A DNA stretch of 32,000 nt, from positions 240,001 through 272,000 of the forward strand of contig AE017199.1 in assembly GCA_000008085.1 (NCBI GenBank). Reading direction: 5' to 3'. Made by a program: the position numbers and the translations under genes. Under the pieces are notes generated by a model that did no database searches, was not told the DNA's origin, and saw nothing but the letters and a program-made list of their open reading frames with translations. Source of the DNA: Nanoarchaeum equitans Kin4-M. Its GTDB lineage: Archaea > Nanobdellota > Nanobdellia > Nanobdellales > Nanoarchaeaceae. This document shows positions 8,284-16,969 of this stretch, in pieces (position 1 is the first letter of the stretch; each line of letters starts with the position of its first letter).

Positions 8284-9231
8284 ATGGTTTTAAAAAAGAA
8301 AGAAAAATTAGTTTGCCCCAATTGTGGGAGTGAAAATATAATTTACGATCCTAAAACCGGGGAGTATATTTGTAAAGACTGTGGGTATGTTATCAAAATA
8401 GAATTCGATTTAGGCCCAGAATGGAGGCATTTTGATGATGAAACTGTTGATAGAAGGAGAGGAGGAGCACCATTAAGTTATGCCAAAGTCGGTAGGGGTC
8501 TTTCTACAGAAATTGGAGATACCTCGGAAATATATAAATTGAAAGGGGAATTAAAACAAAAATTCATGAGAATGAGAAAATGGCATTCTAGAGTGGCGTT
8601 GTCCGCGATAGATAGAAATCTAAAGATAGCTTTGCATGAATTGAAAAAGATGGTTGATAAATTAAATATGCCCAAATATGTTGAAGAAGAAGCCGCTAGA
8701 ATCTATCAAAAAGTTGTAGAAAAAGGTTTGGCGAGGGGGAGAAATATAAATACTTTATTAGCTGGTACATTATATTTAGTTATAAGAGAATATAACATTC
8801 CAAGAACTTTAGAAGAATTGGAAAAAGCCACAGGTATATCTAAAAAAGATATAGCTAAAGCCTATAGATTAATAGTTAGAGAACTAGGCATTAAACCAAA
8901 ACCAATTAGTCCAGCTGATTTTGTTTATAGATATGCAAGCGAACTTAATTTACCCCCAGAAGTGACTGCTACAGCAATAGAAATTATCGAAGAAGCTAAA
9001 AAGAAAAATATTGTTTCCGGGAGAGGCCCTCAAGGTATTGCTGCCGCAGCATTATATATTGCTGCGATCAAACATGGAAAATATGTACCATTAAAGAAAA
9101 TAGGGGAAATTGCCAAAGTTACAGAAGTTACTATAAAAAATAGGTACAAAGAAATAATTAATAGCTTAGGAATCGCTGAAGAAATAGAGAAAAAAAGATT
9201 GCAATTAGAAAACTATGGGATTGAGGATTAA
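8284..9231 (+). CDS. tfb: Transcription initiation factor B (TFB/TFIIB)
   Basis: N-terminal zinc ribbon CPNCGSENIIYDPKTGEYICKDCGYV, 'GPEWRHFDDE', two cyclin repeats with 'SGRGPQGIAAAALYIAA'. Confidence 0.96.
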   Translation: MVLKKKEKLVCPNCGSENIIYDPKTGEYICKDCGYVIKIEFDLGPEWRHFDDETVDRRRGGAPLSYAKVGRGLSTEIGDTSEIYKLKGELKQKFMRMRKWHSRVALSAIDRNLKIALHELKKMVDKLNMPKYVEEEAARIYQKVVEKGLARGRNINTLLAGTLYLVIREYNIPRTLEELEKATGISKKDIAKAYRLIVRELGIKPKPISPADFVYRYASELNLPPEVTATAIEIIEEAKKKNIVSGRGPQGIAAAALYIAAIKHGKYVPLKKIGEIAKVTEVTIKNRYKEIINSLGIAEEIEKKRLQLENYGIED

Positions 9232-9433
9232 GGCCATAATTGAAATAGATAAAGAATTACCAATTTTTGAGCAAGAAGATGAATGGAGAGCTATCTATAG
9301 AGTAAAACACGAAAATGGAAAAACCATAATAGAGATAGATGCTAAAGATTCTGTAGCTTTTAGAGCAATAGTTAATGAATTGGCCCGATATTTTATTGCG
9401 ACTGAGAAGGTTGACTCTCTCTCCAAATTTTAA
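9215..9433 (+). CDS. pcc1: Probable KEOPS complex subunit Pcc1
   Basis: 72 aa: 'LRIKAIIEIDKEL...TIIEIDAKDSVAFRAIVNELARYFIATEKV' matches the compact Pcc1 pattern; start overlaps TFB. Confidence 0.65.
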   Translation: MGLRIKAIIEIDKELPIFEQEDEWRAIYRVKHENGKTIIEIDAKDSVAFRAIVNELARYFIATEKVDSLSKF

Positions 9434-9770
9434 TACCTCTCGGGGTTAAAATAACCCAATCATCTGTTGTTACTGCAATGTCTCCCCCAATGGCATCTAC
9501 AGTTTTCTTCATCTTTTCTAATGTGTGTTTTAATGCTTCTCTACTTTTGTTTTTTAGAGAAGATATATTAACAAAACAAATATAGATACCTTCCCTTAAA
9601 TCGTCCAAAATATATCTAATTTCGGCGAAATCCCTTGGTCTATATACTTTAACATACAAAGAAGGTTCTATTTCCTCGATTGTTTCTGTTAATTCAATAT
9701 AACCCTCTTCATTGGGCTCTTCCATATGCTCTTCAATTTTACTTATTCTCTTCAAAATCTTTAATACCAT
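9393..9770 (-). CDS. sepF: SepF-like (DUF552) cell-division protein
   Basis: 125 aa: 'LYVKVYRPRDFAEIRYILDDLREGIYICFVNISSLKNKSREALKHTLEKMKKTVDAIGGDIAVTTDDWVILTP' matches the archaeal SepF pattern. Confidence 0.82.
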   Translation of the reverse strand: MVLKILKRISKIEEHMEEPNEEGYIELTETIEEIEPSLYVKVYRPRDFAEIRYILDDLREGIYICFVNISSLKNKSREALKHTLEKMKKTVDAIGGDIAVTTDDWVILTPRGIKIWRESQPSQSQ

Positions 9771-9774
9771 ACAT

Positions 9775-10635
9775 TTAATTTTGTTGGTTATTTAAATTTT
9801 TTATGTTTATTGTACATCCTATTGGAGTTATCGATTTTTGATATGTTATAGAAGCATTAATAAATAATGGTATTATCGCATAAGCCTTTAGGTTTTGCAA
9901 AGAAATTTTTATTTTGTTTAACCCCATTTTTTGTATATTTATCCCATTCCCTTCTATTGCAAGTTTAGCTTCTCTTATATTAATAAGCGCATTTGGATCG
10001 GTAAAGACAAATTCCAGTTCTCCATTATTATACACTTCCCAGCTTTTCGGTTTAACATAATATTGCAAATACGGCTTTACATCTATATGGACAAAATCGA
10101 AATCCTTTGTTTTTACTAAAATGGGCAGTATTTCTTTATAATAAGCGCTATACTTTATTAAAAAAGTTATCGAATAAGAACCAGGTTTTGGATCTTTATT
10201 TTTAGTAAAGCTAATTGCCCATTTGTTTTCCTTTTTTTCTACATTTATTGTATAATATTCGGACAACCCTGTATGTTCAACTGATACTTCTTTCACAAAA
10301 AATGGGTCTTCCACATTAACAGTCAAATTTATATCGAATTTTGTATCGGTAATATTAACTTCTTTAGGCCCATCGCATTGGGCTATCAAATTAACTATTA
10401 GTGGTTTTATTTCCTCGGTTTTTTTCGTAGTATAGATAGGTTTATATTCATAGTATTCCCCTGTCGCTAAAGCTTTCCATTCTTCTATACCGCTAGAAAC
10501 AAAGCTAACATAATCATCAATGATAGAGCTAATTTTTTCCCTAGTATTAGGATCTATAAACAAATAGCCAGCAAAAAGCGCTATTGCTATTAATAAAGCT
10601 AATGCCCCATACACTTTAAAATAAAAACCGAACAA
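9775..10635 (-). CDS. Membrane-anchored hypothetical protein with beta-rich exterior domain
   Basis: N-terminal TM 'VYGALALLIAIALFAGYLFI', then a 200+ aa beta-type region. Confidence 0.7.
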   Translation of the reverse strand: MFGFYFKVYGALALLIAIALFAGYLFIDPNTREKISSIIDDYVSFVSSGIEEWKALATGEYYEYKPIYTTKKTEEIKPLIVNLIAQCDGPKEVNITDTKFDINLTVNVEDPFFVKEVSVEHTGLSEYYTINVEKKENKWAISFTKNKDPKPGSYSITFLIKYSAYYKEILPILVKTKDFDFVHIDVKPYLQYYVKPKSWEVYNNGELEFVFTDPNALINIREAKLAIEGNGINIQKMGLNKIKISLQNLKAYAIIPLFINASITYQKSITPIGCTINIKNLNNQQN

Positions 10636-10705
10636 AAAATAAAGCTATTTATTTACTTTCTAGTAACACTATTATTAATTTAATTGTTTGATTCCCTAAA
10701 CTTTA

Positions 10706-11200
10706 ATGCCTATTGTTGTTAGCAATGAAGAAGTTAATGTTAGCCCAAAGCAAAAGAAAATAGTAATACTAATGAAAAAAACATTATATTTGGATAAACC
10801 CGAATACAAAGCGTTTGTTGAAGAATTAAGAAATTTATATGCTAAAGGCCTTTTTGATGATATATTGATTATAAGGGAAGATGAAGACACTTTGTTTAAA
10901 CTATATGAAAACGAGTATGTTGTTGCATCTTTAAAAGATTTAGAATATTTAAAACAAAAGGTAAACGCCTTAGCGAAAACGATGGTTGAACAAAAGGAAA
11001 GTACGAACAAATTTATAAACTATTTGAAAGATGAATTGTTTTCCATTAAAGGCAAAATAATGTATTTTGAAGACGAACTAATAAAGCAAAGAGATACCAT
11101 TAACGAATTAAAAAAGGTAACCAAAACTATAATCGATATGGTAAGAAAACTATTTGAAAACCAAAAATTGTTATCTCTTAAAGCGCAATTGAAGCAATAA
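10706..11200 (+). CDS. Hypothetical coiled-coil protein
   Basis: 164-aa ORF with heptad-like C-terminal half. Confidence 0.65.
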   Translation: MPIVVSNEEVNVSPKQKKIVILMKKTLYLDKPEYKAFVEELRNLYAKGLFDDILIIREDEDTLFKLYENEYVVASLKDLEYLKQKVNALAKTMVEQKESTNKFINYLKDELFSIKGKIMYFEDELIKQRDTINELKKVTKTIIDMVRKLFENQKLLSLKAQLKQ

Positions 11201-11227
11201 ATTTAAATTATTTATAATTGTAGTCAA

Positions 11228-12655
11228 ATGAACAAAAGCGATATAGTTATTTTAGCTTTTTTCTTTGTTTCTTTGGGTTTAGGAATATTAACATTGCTAC
11301 CAGCGAATACCGTTAAAGAAACAACAAAAAACCAAACCGAATTAAAAGTATCAAAATTAAAATTGCTAAATGTAACTATTGCCAAAAATAATTATTTTAG
11401 TATTAATGGGGTGGCAGTAAACGAATTAGAAAGGAAGGGCGAAGTAACGCCTATATTATTTAAGGTTTATAATTCTAGCAAAGGCACTGTATATATAGAT
11501 ACCGATTCCTATAAAGAAATCTCTTTCCAAAAATCTATTGCTATAGCAAAAGAATTTGTAAAATATTTTGTTAGAACTAATTTGGATAATAAAGATATCT
11601 TAATAAAATTAAAAGTGGATAGCCCCTTCGTCGCTGGCGAAAGTGCCGGTTTACCATTAACTTTAGGATTAATATTCGCAGCAAAAGGGTATGTTCCCCA
11701 AAATTTAGATAAATATGTTTTTACTGGAGTGATAATGCCTTTTGGTATTATTGGAGAGGTAGGAGGAATAGATTTGAAATATTTAGCTGCAACTCAAAAG
11801 GGCAAAACATTAGTCCATGGGCAATCAACATTTTTAGGGGGATTATATTATACGGATGTTCTTTCCTTATATAGGGATTTGTTTGGAATAGAATTAATAG
11901 AGAAAAAACCTATTAAAATACCAAGGTGGTATTTAGATATAACAAAGCAATTGGCCGATGATTTATGCAAAAAAGCTATAGAGCATGGTTTCAAAGATTC
12001 AAAAGAATATAAAGTATATGAAAAAGCTTATAAAAATAAAGATTATTATGCTGCTGCATCATTATGTTTCAAATATTTATACGATAATGTTCCAATAGAT
12101 ACAGATGTTTATTCTTTAATACTAGAAACCAGGAAAGAGTTAAACGATGCGATAAAAAAGGCCAAAACATTGTATGATGCCGAAGCAATAGGCGCTGCGA
12201 GGGAAAGGCTTAGAATTGTAATAGAATTGTATAACAAATATTTGGATACTGGTAATAAAGAATTCTTATACAAAGCATATTGGCGTTTGCAAACAGTAAA
12301 AGGTTGGTTAAAATTTGTTGGCAATACTACCGGTATAAAAAATTACTGCCCTAAAGAAGTGGTAAATGAAATAAACAAAATTTACTCTGCTTTCATTGGA
12401 GAAACCGTTGAAATACCAAATAGCATAGATTGCTATTATTTGGCTAAAGAGTATATATCTAATTTGCACTATAGATTATTTAGCTATCCATCCAATGTTT
12501 TTGCTTTAATAAAAATAGCGCCTTATTATTTCGATAGGTTCGATTTGGTTGGATATTCCTATTACCAATTAAGCAAATACCTTAATGAGGACAAACTATT
12601 ATATATAATAAAAGCGATAGACTTTTCCCACAATTATTTAACAAACAATTCATAA
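11228..12655 (+). CDS. Membrane-anchored Lon-like (S16-type) serine protease lacking an AAA+ domain
   Basis: N-terminal TM 'IVILAFFFVSLGLGILTLLP'; protease core 'VDSPFVAGESAGLPLTLGLIFAAKGYVP...VFTGVIMPFGIIGEVGGIDLKYLAA' with Ser in GESAG and Lys in DLKYLAA, 45 residues apart. Confidence 0.8.
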   Translation: MNKSDIVILAFFFVSLGLGILTLLPANTVKETTKNQTELKVSKLKLLNVTIAKNNYFSINGVAVNELERKGEVTPILFKVYNSSKGTVYIDTDSYKEISFQKSIAIAKEFVKYFVRTNLDNKDILIKLKVDSPFVAGESAGLPLTLGLIFAAKGYVPQNLDKYVFTGVIMPFGIIGEVGGIDLKYLAATQKGKTLVHGQSTFLGGLYYTDVLSLYRDLFGIELIEKKPIKIPRWYLDITKQLADDLCKKAIEHGFKDSKEYKVYEKAYKNKDYYAAASLCFKYLYDNVPIDTDVYSLILETRKELNDAIKKAKTLYDAEAIGAARERLRIVIELYNKYLDTGNKEFLYKAYWRLQTVKGWLKFVGNTTGIKNYCPKEVVNEINKIYSAFIGETVEIPNSIDCYYLAKEYISNLHYRLFSYPSNVFALIKIAPYYFDRFDLVGYSYYQLSKYLNEDKLLYIIKAIDFSHNYLTNNS

Positions 12656-13332
12656 AATTCGTATTTTAATTGGGATTCGAAACCCAAATTTTCCCCATTG
12701 GGCAAATCTATATTATTGGTTACAACTATATTGTTTAAGGCACAATTATATTTGGGCCCTATCCTAGTTTGAGTTTCTAATATTAGTTCGCCCATTTTCA
12801 TTGTTGGGTTAAAACAAACATAAAACAAAGGTTTAACCAAAATTTTTTGCTTCTGTAAATCTATTTTATACTCTTCTTCCGGTTGTATCGAAGTATTATA
12901 TAAGTTTTGCTCTATGTCTAAGCAATATAGATAGTATGTACCTCTCTTCGCTGAAAAAGTTATATTATTGTTAGAATAATTGTAAAATACCGGTTTAAAA
13001 TGGGAATCAAATAATAAAACAGAAGTGCAATTTAAAGCGCTAATATTAATAGAGATGTTTTTTTCCACATTTACTGGAATCGTATAGGGGTAATATTTTT
13101 TATAATAAGCCGGTACCCCATTGGCGTAAATGGAATTAACCCATTTTGGGAAAAAGGCAAAAAAAGCAGTTGGTTTAAGCTCTTTAACATAATAATACAG
13201 AACTATTGCTTTTTCATAATCATAAAAATTTGGATTAAACTCTTTCTTATCCAATGTTATATGATAATGCATTGGCTTATACAATGCAAAAAACATTAGT
13301 ATAGCAAATACCAATTCTAATAGCAATAGCAT
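12634..13332 (-). CDS. Membrane-anchored hypothetical protein
   Basis: 232 aa; N-terminal TM 'LLLLELVFAILMFFALY' and N-x-S/T-rich exterior domain. Confidence 0.68.
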   Translation of the reverse strand: MLLLLELVFAILMFFALYKPMHYHITLDKKEFNPNFYDYEKAIVLYYYVKELKPTAFFAFFPKWVNSIYANGVPAYYKKYYPYTIPVNVEKNISINISALNCTSVLLFDSHFKPVFYNYSNNNITFSAKRGTYYLYCLDIEQNLYNTSIQPEEEYKIDLQKQKILVKPLFYVCFNPTMKMGELILETQTRIGPKYNCALNNIVVTNNIDLPNGENLGFESQLKYEFYELFVK

Positions 13333-13361
13333 AAATTGTTAGGATAAATTGATTTATATAC

Positions 13362-13445
13362 GCCGCCGGGGGGATTCGAACCCCCGCCCCCTTATCGGGG
13401 ATTCGGTCTCCAGCCGAACCCCTTGGTCCGCTCGGGCACGGCGGC
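13362..13445 (-). tRNA. tRNA-Ser (anticodon GGA)
   Basis: Long variable arm; GCCGCCG...TTCGG CTGGAGA CCGAA...GGGGG TTCGAAT CCCCC CGGCGGC. Confidence 0.95.
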
Positions 13446-13465
13446 AAAAACATACTAATAAACCA

Positions 13466-13474
13466 TTTAAAAAT
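13466..13474 (-). promoter_or_regulatory. TATA-like element for tRNA-Ser
   Basis: Minus strand 'ATTTTTAAA' at -21 to -29 from G1 of tRNA-Ser, immediately after the MCM stop codon. Confidence 0.5.
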
Positions 13475-15448
13475 TTATACCGCTTTTAATATGCCAGGTT
13501 TAATCTCAAATACTGCCCCGCTAGTTTTTAGATAGTATAACAATTGCTCTATCTCACTATCCATAAGACCATATTCCTTGGCTTTTTCTATTAACTCTTT
13601 CTCGCTAACACCTTCCCCGCTATCTAATTGCTTTATTAGTTGTAATAGCAATTTTTGTTTTTCTATTTTGCTTCTTGGTTTACCACTCTCTAATATTGTT
13701 ATGTCTATTACTTTGGATTCTGGGTCTACTCCTGCTTCCTCTAAGAAACGCTTGGTTAACTCTATAGCCAAATCGGCATCTTCTTTTTCAACTATATCGG
13801 AAAACCTTATTCTAGCAGATGCCTCAGCTAGCCTTACAATGGATTCTAATTGCCTTGTAGAGATTGGAACTGCTTTTAACTCTTGAGATTTCTCTCTGAG
13901 AGAGACAAAGAAATCCTTAATTCTAGCTATAGCCTCATTGGAAAGCCTAGGTTTTATGTTTTTTCTCACATATAGGATATACTTTCTTAACAAATCAACA
14001 GGTATTGCCAAATCTACATCTTCAACATAACTTTCTAATACCCTTTCTGCCAATTGTTCATCATAATCTTTTCCAGGTTTATCTCTTATTAGAAATATTA
14101 AATCGAACCTATTTAGTATAGTTGGAGGAATAGCTATTTGTTCTACTAAAGACAAATTATCATCCCACCTTCCAAATTTGGGATTTGCTGCGGCTAAAAC
14201 AGATGTTTCTGTTTTCAATGTAACATGTATACCGGCTTTGCTAATGGTTACACTACCTTGCTCCATTGCTTCGTGTAAAATCATTAGCTCGTTTTTACCT
14301 AGTTTCTCTATTTCGTCTAAAGCTAATAAACCGCCATTAGCTAAAACCATTGGCCCTGCATCGATAGACCATACTTTCAATAGTTCGTCCCTTACTACTA
14401 CCGCTACTAAACCAACAGCTGTAGCAGAAGTGCCTGAGACATATCTACCTCTTGGCGCTACTTCTGCAGCATATTTTAATAGAGTGCTCTTCGCTGTACC
14501 GGGATCTCCTACTAATAATATATGTATATGCCCTCTAACTTTTGTGCCGTCCCTTCTAATTTTTTTAACACCCCCAACCATTTGTAAAAGGATAGCTTTT
14601 TTAATGTAATCATAACCAAATATAGAAGGGGCAAAATTCTCCACCAATAAATCTAATGGGTTATTGCTATTGGCTATCTCTTTTATTTCTACCAAATCTT
14701 TGTTAGTGATAACTATATCTGTTATGTTTTTCTCTAAAAATTCTATGTTGTTTACTTCTATTAGTATATCATAGATAGCGCCTTTCTCTGTAAGCTTTGC
14801 GGTCCTTGGTATTCCTACTATTCTAACTCTCGCTCCAGGAACAGTTTTATCATTAATTTTCGGTTCAACTAGTTTGTCCTTTAATATGGCAGTAACCCTC
14901 TCGGGTTGGGCTCCCCCAGTAAGGTTTTCTGGTAATTCCTCTAAAACTAATCTTTGTATATCAATGTATTCTTCTTCTACTATCTCCCAATCGCCAGATT
15001 TATTACATTTGGGACATTTCTTTGGCTTAGAAATTTTATCGCTAATACTTTTTATCTCTTTTTCTACTTCGTAACCACAGCTATGTCTAAAAACGGCCCT
15101 TTTTAGTACTGGTTTAACCATTGAAGATTGTTTTATAATGCCTTCTATAGCAACTAATTTATTCAAATGGTGGCTTCTTAGCTCTCTAATCTTTACATTT
15201 CTATAATATTGTACATCAGTAAACGCTATATAGTAATCTACTTTAGTTAAAGCATATTCTTCTTGGATTTCTTTTACTATTGTTTTTATTTGCTCTATTG
15301 CTTTTTCAGGGTTATCCAATATTTCATCTATTAGGTTTATTAGCCCCAACTCTTCTAACTCTTTTAGTGATATATATAGTATATCGTTTGCTTCATTCAT
15401 TTTTTTCAATAGATATTTTTCTAATTCTAGCTTCTCAAGTTCTTCCAC
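13475..15448 (-). CDS. mcm: Replicative DNA helicase MCM
   Basis: 657 aa: zinc ribbon C-x8... 'CPKCNKSG', Walker A 'GDPGTAKST', Walker B-like 'GGLLALDEIEKL', 'LHEAMEQGSVTISKAGI', arginine finger 'NRFDLIF'. Confidence 0.95.
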   Translation of the reverse strand: MEELEKLELEKYLLKKMNEANDILYISLKELEELGLINLIDEILDNPEKAIEQIKTIVKEIQEEYALTKVDYYIAFTDVQYYRNVKIRELRSHHLNKLVAIEGIIKQSSMVKPVLKRAVFRHSCGYEVEKEIKSISDKISKPKKCPKCNKSGDWEIVEEEYIDIQRLVLEELPENLTGGAQPERVTAILKDKLVEPKINDKTVPGARVRIVGIPRTAKLTEKGAIYDILIEVNNIEFLEKNITDIVITNKDLVEIKEIANSNNPLDLLVENFAPSIFGYDYIKKAILLQMVGGVKKIRRDGTKVRGHIHILLVGDPGTAKSTLLKYAAEVAPRGRYVSGTSATAVGLVAVVVRDELLKVWSIDAGPMVLANGGLLALDEIEKLGKNELMILHEAMEQGSVTISKAGIHVTLKTETSVLAAANPKFGRWDDNLSLVEQIAIPPTILNRFDLIFLIRDKPGKDYDEQLAERVLESYVEDVDLAIPVDLLRKYILYVRKNIKPRLSNEAIARIKDFFVSLREKSQELKAVPISTRQLESIVRLAEASARIRFSDIVEKEDADLAIELTKRFLEEAGVDPESKVIDITILESGKPRSKIEKQKLLLQLIKQLDSGEGVSEKELIEKAKEYGLMDSEIEQLLYYLKTSGAVFEIKPGILKAV

Positions 15449-15498
15449 TTCAGTGGTAATGTTATATAGAATTATAAAGGTTTTAGCAAAAACAATAT

Positions 15499-16305
15499 AT
15501 GAAAATGGACAAACTAAAATACAAAGTTTTAGACACTATAAAAAGATATTCTCTTTTTTCCCCCAACGAAAAATTGTTATTAGCCATCTCTGGAGGCAAA
15601 GATTCGGTAACTTTGTTAGACATACTTTATAATTTAAATTACAAATTCGATCTATATTTTATTGATTTAGGAATAAAGGGTTTTTCTGATATTTCTGAGA
15701 AAATAGTTGAGAGTTTATCAAAAGAATATGGGTTAAACCTATATATAGATAGGGTAGCAGATTATGGGATTACTATAAAGCCTATAGGCAAAATGCCAGC
15801 TTGCGCTGTATGTGGAATAGTAAAGAGATACCTTATGAATAAGTTTGCATATGAAAAGGATTATACTTTGATTACAGCGCATAATTTTGATGATATCATA
15901 GCTTTTGCTTTAGCTAATCTGTTTTCTGGTAATTATGAATATTTGTTAAAAATAAGACCCAAAAATGAAAGATATTATAAATTGGCTAAAAAGGTTAAAC
16001 CTTTGTTTTTTGTAAGAGAAAAAGAAACCTTGCAATATGTTAAGGAAAAGAATTTGCCATATGTAAATATAGAATGTCCTTTAAGGAGAAAGAATACCCA
16101 AGATAGATACAAAAATATAGCTAATGAATTTGAGAAAATATTCCCTGGGTTTAAGAAAAATTTTATAAAAGCTTTGCTATACTATAATACTAGAGTGCCA
16201 GAGCCAAAGCCAAAGAATTATTGCAAAATATGTGGTTACCCATCAAAGGGAGAAGTATGCTCTTTTTGTAGGATAAGAAATGCATTGTCAAGACATAATA
16301 AATAA
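15499..16305 (+). CDS. tRNA 2-thiolation ATP-pyrophosphatase, NcsA/TtuA/Ncs6-like
   Basis: PP-loop 'LAISGGKDSVTLLDIL', internal 'CAVCGIVKRYLMNKFA', C-terminal zinc finger 'YCKICGYPSKGEVCSFCRI'. Confidence 0.88.
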   Translation: MKMDKLKYKVLDTIKRYSLFSPNEKLLLAISGGKDSVTLLDILYNLNYKFDLYFIDLGIKGFSDISEKIVESLSKEYGLNLYIDRVADYGITIKPIGKMPACAVCGIVKRYLMNKFAYEKDYTLITAHNFDDIIAFALANLFSGNYEYLLKIRPKNERYYKLAKKVKPLFFVREKETLQYVKEKNLPYVNIECPLRRKNTQDRYKNIANEFEKIFPGFKKNFIKALLYYNTRVPEPKPKNYCKICGYPSKGEVCSFCRIRNALSRHNK

Positions 16306-16792
16306 AATTATAATAAATAGAATTATAAGGGAATTGTTATTACCTAAATTAGACGGTTTTAGCATAATAAGTTTATCGAAATACGATTTTATCGATTTAT
16401 TTTTGTTGAGCGCTTTAAAGAATGGGCGATATTATGTATATAACAAAGAGATCGATTTAAAATTCCCATATAAATTGGTTAAAGCCAACAAAACATACAA
16501 AGTTTACAAAATTATCCCAACCAATACGAAGGTTTATTTTATTAAAAAATCTATATTTGATGTTAGACCCAAAGAAAAAGCAGATTTGGCTATTGTTATA
16601 GAGCAGAACTATAATAAAAAATTGCACAATAGAATAAAACAATTGGCTAAACATTTAATTTTGTACGATATAGTTTATGATAAAAAGAAATGTATAAAAA
16701 TAGGTATAAAGAACATAATATTTGAAAATTTATACTGCTGTTACAAAAATAGAAAAACCCTAGTTAGCCTCGTCGGGTTTTATGAATTGTAA
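16280..16792 (+). CDS. Hypothetical protein
   Basis: 170-aa ORF overlapping NcsA/TtuA by 26 nt and converging on Nop10. Confidence 0.55.
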   Translation: MHCQDIINKIIINRIIRELLLPKLDGFSIISLSKYDFIDLFLLSALKNGRYYVYNKEIDLKFPYKLVKANKTYKVYKIIPTNTKVYFIKKSIFDVRPKEKADLAIVIEQNYNKKLHNRIKQLAKHLILYDIVYDKKKCIKIGIKNIIFENLYCCYKNRKTLVSLVGFYEL

Positions 16793-16966
16793 TTGTTTAG
16801 ACAAATAAATACCCAACTCTTTTTTCAATTGCCTTCGGTATTTGCCATATTTATCCTCGGGGCTAAACTTTGGAGGTTTGTTTATTATTGTTTTGGAACC
16901 ACACTTAGGGCATTTATCTTGCAAAGTATATATATTACATTTGGGGCAATACTTTATATGTTTCAT
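16760..16966 (-). CDS. nop10: H/ACA RNP protein Nop10
   Basis: 68 aa: '[48 protein letters not shown]' is diagnostic. Confidence 0.96.
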   Translation of the reverse strand: MKHIKYCPKCNIYTLQDKCPKCGSKTIINKPPKFSPEDKYGKYRRQLKKELGIYLSKQLQFIKPDEAN

Positions 16967-16969
16967 TTG

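Noticed and set aside
14178-14609. 143-aa plus-strand ORF, with others at 13578-13886 and 14874-15074
   Set aside because: These are antisense to a strongly supported MCM gene and are low-complexity reverse translations of conserved helicase motifs.
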